From: Methanobacteriota archaeon
GTDB taxonomy: Archaea; Halobacteriota; Bog-38; Methanoflorentales; Methanoflorentaceae
Length of the DNA stretch: 64,000 bases
Direction: 5' to 3'
Assembly (NCBI GenBank): GCA_963720465.1
Contig: OY970393.1
Location: 1,152,001 to 1,216,000, forward strand
Position numbers and translations under genes: made by a program. Positions 10,596 to 19,530 of this stretch are shown piece after piece. A model generated the notes under the pieces. It saw only the letters and a list, made by a program, of their open reading frames with translations. It had not been told where the DNA came from and made no database searches. The number at the start of each line of letters is the position of its first letter. Positions within the stretch are counted from its first letter, which is position 1.

Positions 10596-11124
10596 GGTGC
10601 CTCAAGATACGATAAACTACGGCAAGAACCACGCGCGGCCAGCCCCACAAGGTTTCGGTTTCTGTGATTGCACCGAGGCTCTGGGGTGCCCCGTCGCGAT
10701 TTATCATGAGGATCTCCTCGATCGCCTGGGAATGCAGCGGCGTCCTCATCTGCGCCATTTTCTGGTGAGCGCTGCTCACGAATGACGGCGTAGCTGCGTG
10801 TATTTCGGCGACATAGGCCGTGCGATTCGCATGCGGGAGTTCATCTTTTTTGTGTCAACAAACAGATTTAAAGCCTCCGCTTCGGACCGCGTTTCTACTC
10901 TTGTGCGATGGGTGGAAAGACGCACAGCACACTGCGAACATCCTCACGTTGATCGTGCGAGCGAACCGGGGGTTTACGGTCATACGCCAGAAGCGCGTTG
11001 AGGTTAGTCATATAGTAGTCCTGAGATGTGAAGGAACGAGCGCAACCTCGAAACACGCGCGCAGCTTGCTCGCCAGAATGGGAATCGGATCTGCGAACGA
11101 GTGAGACCATGACGCATACGAGCG

Positions 11125-11466
11125 TGTCAGAAGATACGATAACGGCTACGGTCTGAAACCGGTAGCCAGAGGCAGCCCTCAATGCGCCCTAGGGCCTTGA
11201 AATAAAAAAAAGATAATGCGCTAGGAGCTACGAAGAGGCGAACAGAAACACGCTGCGCTATCCCTGTGACCTCTGCTAACTCGCCGTCACCGTCGCGTAC
11301 TTGGGCGCCATCGAAGCGCGCAGGCGCGTTCCTTGATACTTCGTGATGAATGCGTAGGTGCCGATATTCGGCTTCTGCGCGGTGAGCGAATACCAGCTGG
11401 TAGTGTTGGTCTTCGCGGTCGCCTCGTGCGTTATGCGCAAACAACACCCTCGCTAACGTGTCTCGA
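11125..11466 (-). repeat. Conserved intergenic unit (downstream element + upstream element), copy with degenerate TATA
   Basis: Collinear with 14630-14975; the part at 11380-11455 also matches 19440-19530. Confidence 0.8.
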
Positions 11467-14400
11467 TTAATGTACGGTGATCGCCAGGACCGTGCTTGTC
11501 GATGCATTATACCACGTGTCGCCCGCGAAGGTGGCGTAGTAGTAGCGTGTGCCGGCTGATGTCCACTTCTGTGTGAACGTGGCCGTGCCGCTCGCGTTCG
11601 TATATATCGTTGTGTCGTTGTAGCGCACGCCGTTGAGGGTGTGCCAGATCTGTATCGGCTTGCCGCTCGCAGTGACGGCCACCCATTGGCTGGTTGCGGG
11701 GTTCCACCACGAGAGCGTGGCGGTGAAGGTGACGGACTGGTTGACGGCGGGGGTGGTGGTGGACGGGGTTAGGGTGACGTTGGTCTTGGCGGTGACGTTC
11801 ACCGTGACGACGCCGCACGTCGATGCTTGATAGGAGCTGTCACCGGCGAAGGTGGCGTAGTAGGAACGTGTGCCAGGAGAGGCCCAGCTTGTGGTGAGGG
11901 TGATCTGGCCGGTGGAGTTGGTGACGTTGGTGGTGTCGTTGTAGCGAATGCCGCTAAGGAGGTGGTAGATCGTAACGTTCTCTCCTGAGAGAGAGGCCCC
12001 ACTGCTACTCAAAGTGGCGTTGAAGGTGACCGGTTGGTTGACGAGGGGGGTGGTGTTTGACGCGGTGAGGGTGAGCGCGGTCGGCATCTTGGTGACGGTG
12101 GTGACGTTGATGGTGACGACGCTGCTTGTCGAGTTCTGATAGGAGCTGTCACCGGCGAAGGTGGCGTAGTAGGTGCGTGTGCCGGGAGAGCCAAAGCTCG
12201 TGGTGACGGTGATCTGACCGGTGGAGTTGGTGGTGTTGGTGGTGTCGTTGTAGCGGACGTTGTTGAGGAGGTGGTAGACCGTAACGTTCTCTCCTGGGAG
12301 GGGCGTTGTGCCGTTACTCAAGGTGGCGTTGAAGGTGACCGGTTGGCTGACGGCGGGGGTGGTGTTTGACGCGGTGAGGGTGAGCGCGGTCGGCATCTTG
12401 GTGACGGTGACGTTGACGACGTTGCTCGTGGCGGTGGTGTACGTGGCGTTCTCGTCGTAGGCGGTGCGGTAGTAGTACGTGCCCGCAGCTGACTCGTTGT
12501 TACTGAACTGATAGCCGCCCGTCGCATTGGTCACGTTCGTTGTGACGTTGTACCACGTGACGTTGTCTGTGGAACGCTGCAGGGTAATGGTCGCGTTACC
12601 CATCCCAACAGCGCTGGCACTCAGCGTGCCGTTGACGGTGAAGTTCTGGTTGACGGATGCTGTGGATGGGACGCTGACGGTGAGCGCGGTCGGCATCTTG
12701 GTGACGGTGACGTTGACGACGTTGCTCGTGGCGGTGGTGTACGTGGCGTTCTCGTCGTAGGCGGTGCGGTAGTAGTACGTGCCCGCAGCTGACTCGTTGT
12801 TACTGAACTGATAGCCGCCCGTCGCATTGGTCACGTTCGTTGTGACGTTGTACCACGTGACGTTGTCTGTGGAACGCTGCAGGGTAATGGTCGCGTTACC
12901 CATCCCAACAGCGCTGGCACTCAGCGTGCCGTTGACGGTGAAGTTCTGGTTGACGGATGCTGTGGATGGGACGCTGACGGTGAGCGCGGTCGGCATCTTG
13001 GTGACGGTGGTGACGTTGATGGTGACGACGCTGCTTGTCGAGTTCTGATAGGAGCTGTCACCGGCGAAGGTGGCGTAGTAGGTGCGTGTGCCGGGAGAGC
13101 CAAAGCTCGTGGTGACGGTGATCTGACCGGTGGAGTTGGTGGTGTTGGTGGTGTCGTTGTAGCGGACGTTGTTGAGGAGGTGGTAGACCGTAACGTTCTC
13201 TCCTGGGAGGGGCGTTGTGCCGTTACTCAAGGTGGCGTTGAAGGTGACCGGTTGGCTGACGGCGGGGGTGGTGTTTGACGCGGTGAGGGTGAGCGCGGTC
13301 GGCATCTTGGTGACGGTGACGTTGACGACGTTGCTCGTGGCGGTGGTGTACGTGGCGTTCTCGTCGTAGGCGGTGCGGTAGTAGTACGTCCCGGCGGCAC
13401 TCTCATTCCTGCTGAAGGCATATCCCCCGGTGCCGTTGGTGGTGTTTGCCATCGGTGGAGTGACGTTCGTCCACGTGGCGTTGTTCGTAAAGCGCTGCAG
13501 CGTAATGTTCCCGTCCGCAATGCCGGTAGTGTCGGTACGCAGCGTGCCGTTGATGGTGAAGTTCTGGTTAACATAGGCGGTGGCCGTAGAGACCGTGGCG
13601 TTGAGGGCAATCGCTGGGTAGTAAGTTTGTAGATTCGCGACTATCTGTGGGAATTCTAGGTTAGTATAATCATTAAGCGCGTTGGCATCATTGCCACACC
13701 ACACGCAAAACTGATTGAAGCCGATACCATTAGCATACGACCAATTCAGCATTGAAAGATATGATGGTGTGCTGCTGCTGCCGGGAAGTGAGTTGGCATA
13801 TATCTGGTTGTCGCTGTTGACGTTGGCCCACAAGCCTGCCATGACGCCGTTCTGGATGCCAAGCGCCGCGGCGTCTTTTGATCCATTTTGGATGTAAGGC
13901 CACTCAGATGGGTAGTAGCTCTCCCAACTGTTCAGGACCGTGAATGGGTTTATATACAAGTTTTGCCACAGGCCACAGTCGTCGCAATTGTAGTTTACGT
14001 ATGCCTTGAAAAAATTCTGCATGTAAGCAAGATCGGTCGAGTTGAGCCCCTCGGAGGCAACATATTCCCACCCGGCGTTTTCGAGTGATTGAAAGTAGGC
14101 ACGAAAACTGGTTATAGGGGTATTTTGAAGCTTTCCGCCGTTCCAAATGACCATTTCAACATCAATAACCGGCTGCATGCCAAGCGCTTTGATAGTATTG
14201 AGCTCGGCCTGGTATGTTCCATTGTCGGGAACTACCAGTTCTACGATGGAAAACCCGTATCCCTTAAAAGAGGCAAGTGACGAGCCATCATCTACCATCG
14301 ACGGCGGACCCGCGATAGCGTACTGTATCGGGTGCGTGGTGGCGCCTACGGTAGGGCTCGCGTTCGCCGTCGGACTTGGTAAACTCGCGGCATTTGCCGT

Positions 14401-14520
14401 CGCCGTTGTAATAGAAAGCAAAACCACAGCCAGAAGTAAAAAAGTCGCATATTTTCTACCACGCCGACTCCAAATGTGCGTGCGAGCGTGCGTTTTTCTA
14501 TGAGGGACTGACTTGTTCAT
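11467..14520 (-). CDS. Secreted surface glycoprotein: putative TIM-barrel (glycoside-hydrolase-like) head + 7 Ig-like stalk modules
   Basis: Basic N-region + hydrophobic signal; about 250-aa alpha/beta head (ASEG, SWES glutamates); modules in order B-A-B-B-A-A-A; no C-terminal TM. Confidence 0.8.
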   Translation of the reverse strand: MNKSVPHRKTHARTHIWSRRGRKYATFLLLAVVLLSITTATANAASLPSPTANASPTVGATTHPIQYAIAGPPSMVDDGSSLASFKGYGFSIVELVVPDNGTYQAELNTIKALGMQPVIDVEMVIWNGGKLQNTPITSFRAYFQSLENAGWEYVASEGLNSTDLAYMQNFFKAYVNYNCDDCGLWQNLYINPFTVLNSWESYYPSEWPYIQNGSKDAAALGIQNGVMAGLWANVNSDNQIYANSLPGSSSTPSYLSMLNWSYANGIGFNQFCVWCGNDANALNDYTNLEFPQIVANLQTYYPAIALNATVSTATAYVNQNFTINGTLRTDTTGIADGNITLQRFTNNATWTNVTPPMANTTNGTGGYAFSRNESAAGTYYYRTAYDENATYTTATSNVVNVTVTKMPTALTLTASNTTPAVSQPVTFNATLSNGTTPLPGENVTVYHLLNNVRYNDTTNTTNSTGQITVTTSFGSPGTRTYYATFAGDSSYQNSTSSVVTINVTTVTKMPTALTVSVPSTASVNQNFTVNGTLSASAVGMGNATITLQRSTDNVTWYNVTTNVTNATGGYQFSNNESAAGTYYYRTAYDENATYTTATSNVVNVTVTKMPTALTVSVPSTASVNQNFTVNGTLSASAVGMGNATITLQRSTDNVTWYNVTTNVTNATGGYQFSNNESAAGTYYYRTAYDENATYTTATSNVVNVTVTKMPTALTLTASNTTPAVSQPVTFNATLSNGTTPLPGENVTVYHLLNNVRYNDTTNTTNSTGQITVTTSFGSPGTRTYYATFAGDSSYQNSTSSVVTINVTTVTKMPTALTLTASNTTPLVNQPVTFNATLSSSGASLSGENVTIYHLLSGIRYNDTTNVTNSTGQITLTTSWASPGTRSYYATFAGDSSYQASTCGVVTVNVTAKTNVTLTPSTTTPAVNQSVTFTATLSWWNPATSQWVAVTASGKPIQIWHTLNGVRYNDTTIYTNASGTATFTQKWTSAGTRYYYATFAGDTWYNASTSTVLAITVH
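12379..13009 (-). repeat. Exact 300-bp tandem duplication (module B)
   Basis: Lines 12421-12660 and 12721-12960 are identical. Confidence 0.95.
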
Positions 14521-14629
14521 GGATGGCTCTGGCGAAAAAAGCTGCGACGCCTACAAATACCACGGTAATCAGAGTGGCTGCAAAAAACGAGACGATGTTG
14601 CATGCGCGCATGGCTCGAAAAACGTTCTT

Positions 14630-14975
14630 AGCCCTAAAAAAAATGTTAAAGGATGATAAAGGCTGCGGTCTGAAACCGGTAGCGAAAGGCAGCACTCAAT
14701 GCGTCTAAGGCCTTGAAATCGAAAAAAAAAGGAATGACGAGCCGCTAAGGAGGGGATTAAAGGAACACGCTCTGATAATGTGTGACCTCTGCTAACCCTC
14801 CCACCATCACGGTAGCTTATCGTGTCGCCGACCGGGTCCATTGATACTTCGGCAGGAACGCGTAGGTGCCGACGATATCGGCTCCCGCTCGGTGAGCGAA
14901 TACCAGCTGGTATTGTTGGTCTTCGCGGTCGCCTCGCGCGTTATGGCAAACAACGCCCTCGCTCGCGGGTCTGGA
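14630..14975 (-). repeat. Conserved intergenic unit with T-tract and TATA-like CCTTTATCAT
   Basis: Homologous to 4225-4345, 11125-11466 and 19440-19530. Confidence 0.8.
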
Positions 14976-17687
14976 CTAATGAACGATGATCGTCACGACC
15001 GTGCTCGTCGTTGCCTGGTAGGAGCTGTCGCCGGCGAAGGTGGCGTAGTAGGTGCGTGTGCCGGGAGAGCCGAAGCTCGTGGTGACGGTGATTTGGCCGG
15101 TGGCGTTGGTGGCGTTGGTGGTGTCGTTGTAGCGGACGTTGTTGAGGTAGTGGTAGATGGTGACGTTCTCAGACGGGAGGGGGGTTCCACTGCTCGTCAA
15201 AGCGGCGTTGAAGGTGACGGATTGGTTGACGGTGGGGGTGGTGGTGGACGCGGTGAGGGTTACGCTCGTTTGAGGCTTGGCAGTGACGTTGACTGTGACG
15301 ACGCTGCTCGTTGAGTTCTGATAGGAGCTGTCGCCGGCGAAAGTGGCGTAGTAGGTGCGTGTGCCGGGAGAGCCGAAGCTCGTGGTGACGGTGATTTGGC
15401 CGGTGGCGTTGGTGGTGTTGGTGGTGTCGTTGTAGCGGACGTTGTTGAGGTAGTGGTAGATGGTGACGTTCTCAGACGGGAGGGGGGTTCCACTGCTCGT
15501 CAAAGTGGCGTTGAAGGTGACGGATTGGTTGACGACGGGAGTGGTGGTGGACCCGGTGAGGGTGAGCGCGTTCGCCGCCTTGGTGACGTTGACGGTGACG
15601 ACGCTGCTCGTGACGTTGCCGTACGTGGCGTTGCCGTCATAGGCGGTGCGGTAGTAGTATGTGTTCGCCGCCGACTCGTTGTTGCTGAACTGGTAGCCGC
15701 CCATCGCGTTCGTCACGTTCGTCGTGACGTTGCTCCACGTGGCGTTGTTCGTGGAACGCTGTAGGGTAATGGTCGCGTTACCTATCCCAACAGCGCTGGC
15801 GCTCAGCGTGCCGTTGACGAAGAAGTTCTGCTTCGTCAGTGCTGATCCCGGCGCGGCAATGGTGAGCGCGGTCGCAGCCTTAGTGACGCTGGTGACGTTG
15901 ACGGTGACGACACTGCTCGTCGATGCTTGGTAGGAGCTGTCACCGGCGAAGGTGGCGTAGTAGGTGCGTTGTCCGGGAGAGCCAAAGCTCGTGGCGACGG
16001 TGATCTGGCCGCTTTGGTTAGTGGCGTTGGTGGTGTCGTTGTAGCGGACGTTGTTGAGGTAGTGGTAGATGGTGACGGACTCCGACGGTAGGGCCGTTCC
16101 ATTGCTACTCAAGGTGGCGTTGAAGGCGACGGACTGGTTGACGGCGGGGGTGGAGTTGGACTCGGTGAGGGTGAGGGTGGTCGGCATCTTGGTGACGGTG
16201 GTGACGTTGATGGTGACGACGCCGCTCGTCGAGTTCTGATACGAGCTGTCGCCGGCGAAGGTGGCGTAGTAGGTGCGTTGTCCGGGAGAGCCGAAGCTCG
16301 TGGTGACGGTGATTTGGCCGGTGGCGTTGGTGGCGTTGGTGGTGTCGTTGTAGCGGACGTTGTTGAGGTAGTGGTAGATGGTGACGTTCTCGCCTGAGAG
16401 GGGGCTTGTCCCGTTACTCAAGGTGGCGTTGAAGGTGACCGGTTGGCTGACGGCTGGGGTGGTGTTTGACGCGGTGAGGGTGACGGTGGTCGGCATCTTT
16501 ACCGCCATGAAGACAGCCTCAAGCCATCCGTCTGAATTAACCTGGACTGTGGTGGGGTCAGCGTTTATGTTAGCGACGTAGACTCCGCTTCCAGAGGAGC
16601 CACTATGGCCACTGTACTCCCAATGATCGAATTGATAGCCGGTTGGAGCGTTTGCAGTAGCTTGATAGTTATTATCTGCATACTCCGCAGTCTGACCGTT
16701 AGAATAAGTTTGGCCACTAAAGGTAATCGTTCCCGGAGAAGCAGCAAAGCTTGTAGGATCCGTCTCAAATACTACAGTTGCCAGGGGATTGTGCACAAGC
16801 ACAGAGTTACCACTTATAATCACCGCTACGTTGCTTGGAGCCCCGCTGGACCAGGAAGTCCAGGTTGCAGCGTTTTCACCGCCACCGGTCGGTACCCAAT
16901 AGTTGTCGTAGAAGTAGAAGTCAAAGGCCGGAGAACCTCCAGAGGTGTCAGTCTGCCAGATCTCCTCATAGTCCGTATAGTTATAGTATCCCGAATAAAG
17001 GGAAGATACAACCAAGTAGTTTCCACCAGTAGGCGCGTCAAGGGACCAAACCTGTGTTGAATTTTGATAGGCAATGAACTGGGTGACGCCACCTTCGGTG
17101 GTAATGCTAAACGTGTAGGTAGCTCCTACGGACAGAGCCATGGCATTTGATGAATAATGATAGGTGGGATTACTTGCCGGACCACTTGTCCATGAGTAGC
17201 TTAATCCCCAGGTACCATACGTGTTAGAAAATCCGAGCTGATCGTAGCTTCCATTACTATCCCAAGCTGAAAGGATTACGTAATAGAATTCATCTGACAA
17301 AGGTGCAGAATAGGGAACCCTAATAGTCACGTTAATGGTCTGCGCAGTTTCGCTAGACCCCTGGTAGTCGCTCCCAGCATACCAGTGAGTACTATATTCT
17401 GGGGGAGAAACAGATGCTGAAGCAGATACAGGCGGTGCAAGTGTAGGATATATGGTACGCCCGCTAACCACGGGGAAGGACTGCCCCTGGGTCCAAGACA
17501 ACGCAGGTACCAGTCCGACCGTGCCGCCAAGCGTTTGCGAGACCGCAACTCCTGCGGCTTTCTGACCACTTGCTCCTCCTACGTTGCCCCCCGCGCTTAC
17601 GCTTGCAGAGCTGACACAGACTGCACAGAGGGAGACGAGCACGATAGTCGCTAAGACGATACTAATAAAACTTCGTTTATGATTCAC
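14976..17687 (-). CDS. Secreted surface glycoprotein: beta-sandwich head (possibly glutamic peptidase G1-like) + InlB-B-repeat-like domain + 5 Ig-like modules
   Basis: Signal peptide, GGAGGGGAG RBS; HWYAG / YDQLG / YEEIW spacing; APTGYQFDHW; modules A-A-B-A-A. Confidence 0.75.
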   Translation of the reverse strand: MNHKRSFISIVLATIVLVSLCAVCVSSASVSAGGNVGGASGQKAAGVAVSQTLGGTVGLVPALSWTQGQSFPVVSGRTIYPTLAPPVSASASVSPPEYSTHWYAGSDYQGSSETAQTINVTIRVPYSAPLSDEFYYVILSAWDSNGSYDQLGFSNTYGTWGLSYSWTSGPASNPTYHYSSNAMALSVGATYTFSITTEGGVTQFIAYQNSTQVWSLDAPTGGNYLVVSSLYSGYYNYTDYEEIWQTDTSGGSPAFDFYFYDNYWVPTGGGENAATWTSWSSGAPSNVAVIISGNSVLVHNPLATVVFETDPTSFAASPGTITFSGQTYSNGQTAEYADNNYQATANAPTGYQFDHWEYSGHSGSSGSGVYVANINADPTTVQVNSDGWLEAVFMAVKMPTTVTLTASNTTPAVSQPVTFNATLSNGTSPLSGENVTIYHYLNNVRYNDTTNATNATGQITVTTSFGSPGQRTYYATFAGDSSYQNSTSGVVTINVTTVTKMPTTLTLTESNSTPAVNQSVAFNATLSSNGTALPSESVTIYHYLNNVRYNDTTNATNQSGQITVATSFGSPGQRTYYATFAGDSSYQASTSSVVTVNVTSVTKAATALTIAAPGSALTKQNFFVNGTLSASAVGIGNATITLQRSTNNATWSNVTTNVTNAMGGYQFSNNESAANTYYYRTAYDGNATYGNVTSSVVTVNVTKAANALTLTGSTTTPVVNQSVTFNATLTSSGTPLPSENVTIYHYLNNVRYNDTTNTTNATGQITVTTSFGSPGTRTYYATFAGDSSYQNSTSSVVTVNVTAKPQTSVTLTASTTTPTVNQSVTFNAALTSSGTPLPSENVTIYHYLNNVRYNDTTNATNATGQITVTTSFGSPGTRTYYATFAGDSSYQATTSTVVTIIVH

Positions 17688-18244
17688 CCACTCCCCTCCC
17701 CGCTGCAGCGAACAGTCAGGCGCCGCTTCCGTGTGAAATCAGAAACTAAAACATATAAGCTTAAGCACATCCGCGATAAAGATTATGTGACGCGGGATTT
17801 TCACCATATGTGCAGACGGCGCCATTTACGTATTGAAGTTTGGTTTGCGCTCAACGCTTAGAATACGGCCTTTTTGACTCTAATGACAGCGTCAGAGCAA
17901 AGCGATCATGTAATGTGAGATGCAGTGTATAGGTAACGACCAGGAGGGGAAAAATGATTTTACAGGGCGTATTTCTAACTGAGGGCGATGCAGAGCTTTT
18001 TAGTCGTGCGCTGGCAGAAGTGAAGACAAGGTATGTGCAGGCTCCGACACGAGCTTGGATAATACCTAGGACTAAATGCGCTCGTTTCAAGCTTCAGAAC
18101 CGCTGCGAAAACAGGACGAGAGCCTGAGAGATCTAGATTCAAGCGCCCGAAAGTAGACTCGCTGAATAAACTCAATCCATTGTTATGTTTAAATAGATCT
18201 AAAGATTTTTTATAAGAAGCTTTCACTTCAAGAGATGATGCAAT

Positions 18245-18751
18245 GTGAACAAGGTTCTTATTGCCTTGTCTTCTATCGCTGTTCTTGTGGCACTAGCGGC
18301 AGTTGTCGTGTTTGCCGCTCAACATGCACAGCCGCAGACAGCTCGAACGACTACTGGAACGACTACAACTATGGCAACAAATGTGGCGGGGCTTCCCCCT
18401 TTCGCAAACCCCGATTTCGACGTACTGCTACGTCCGTCTATTGCCGCTATTCCAGACAGCGGGGGATCAGTCAGTGTATCTATCACATTGAAAGCGACAC
18501 ACCTGAATACTAGCGAATTGCTAGTTCTTGAGACGCATTCCAAGATCCCAGGATATGTGGCTGACTTCAAGCCCACATCAGTAACGCTCCATCCTGGTGA
18601 TTTGACCAGTGCAGAATTAACGGTCGTTATCCCTAGCGGGATCCAGAATGGCACCTACCCAATATCTATTGTGGCGAGGGGGGAAACGACTCAAGGCGGA
18701 AGCTGGTTGATACTTGTAGTTGGTCTCGCACAGCCAATCCCGCCACCCTAG
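18245..18751 (+). CDS. Membrane-anchored or secreted protein with a single Ig-like (NEW3-like) domain
   Basis: N-terminal hydrophobic helix, Thr-rich linker, PTSVTLHPG..AELTVVIPSGIQNGTYPISIVA; TTTTTATA at about 18206. Confidence 0.75.
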   Translation: MNKVLIALSSIAVLVALAAVVVFAAQHAQPQTARTTTGTTTTMATNVAGLPPFANPDFDVLLRPSIAAIPDSGGSVSVSITLKATHLNTSELLVLETHSKIPGYVADFKPTSVTLHPGDLTSAELTVVIPSGIQNGTYPISIVARGETTQGGSWLILVVGLAQPIPPP

Positions 18752-18809
18752 CAATTCGACGCATAAAATTCACTTCTTTGTCAGAGTGCGCGGCATCGTT
18801 CAACATGAG

Positions 18810-19042
18810 CCATAGCGACGGCCGGGGAAGAGTCAACCAGTTTCCGGTCGTGAAGTTCCACAGCAGCCTTCTGTTCGACGACACTGGCCCTCCAACCGGG
18901 CTATAATCACCAGTGTGCTGGGCGTTATAATGAAACATCATCGTATCGGCCTGTGCGCTGCAGGAACGGTTACAGCGCCTGCGAATAAGACAGCAATGAG
19001 AAGAATGACTATAGAAAATGGCACGATTTTGCACGCGCGCAT
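18810..19042 (-). pseudogene. Frameshifted, truncated PQQ-propeller paralog
   Basis: MRACKIVPFSIVILLIAVLFAGAVTVPAA, then a frameshift to AQADTMMFHYNAQHTGDYSPVGG..LLWNFTTG, matching the N-terminus of 2956-4206; ends before the first blade. Confidence 0.88.
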
Positions 19043-19530
19043 GAGTACCTCTTGCAATGTTCGCAGACGCTAGACGCCTAAAAACGTCCAGAAGAAACTA
19101 TAAAGGCTTCGGTTGAAATGTGACCGCAGAAACTGTGCATGGTGTTCAAGTGGTCAAAAAATGAATACGTTCGAGCGATCAGACACGCGTTTGATCGCCA
19201 TTCTTTCCGCCTTCGTTGCGGCCGCTTACCGGTGCCTTTTTTCTTGGTAGGTTCTCCTTTGTTCGGAGTGTGCTGCGCAGCCAGTAGTTGAAACGCTGCT
19301 ACCGCGACGGCGCTTCATTTACGCCCCCCAACACCTTGTTTGCGACAGCCGTACTCTTCCTTCTTTCTACCGCCGCCGAAACGTATCTCTTAAGATTAGG
19401 TCTGGCCCAGAAGCCAACCTTTGGTGCCACATTTGGCTCCCGCGTGGCGAGCGAATATCAGCTGGTATTGTTGGTCTTCGCGGTCGCCTCGCGCGTTATG
19501 GCAAACAACGCCCTCGCTCGCGGGTCTGGA

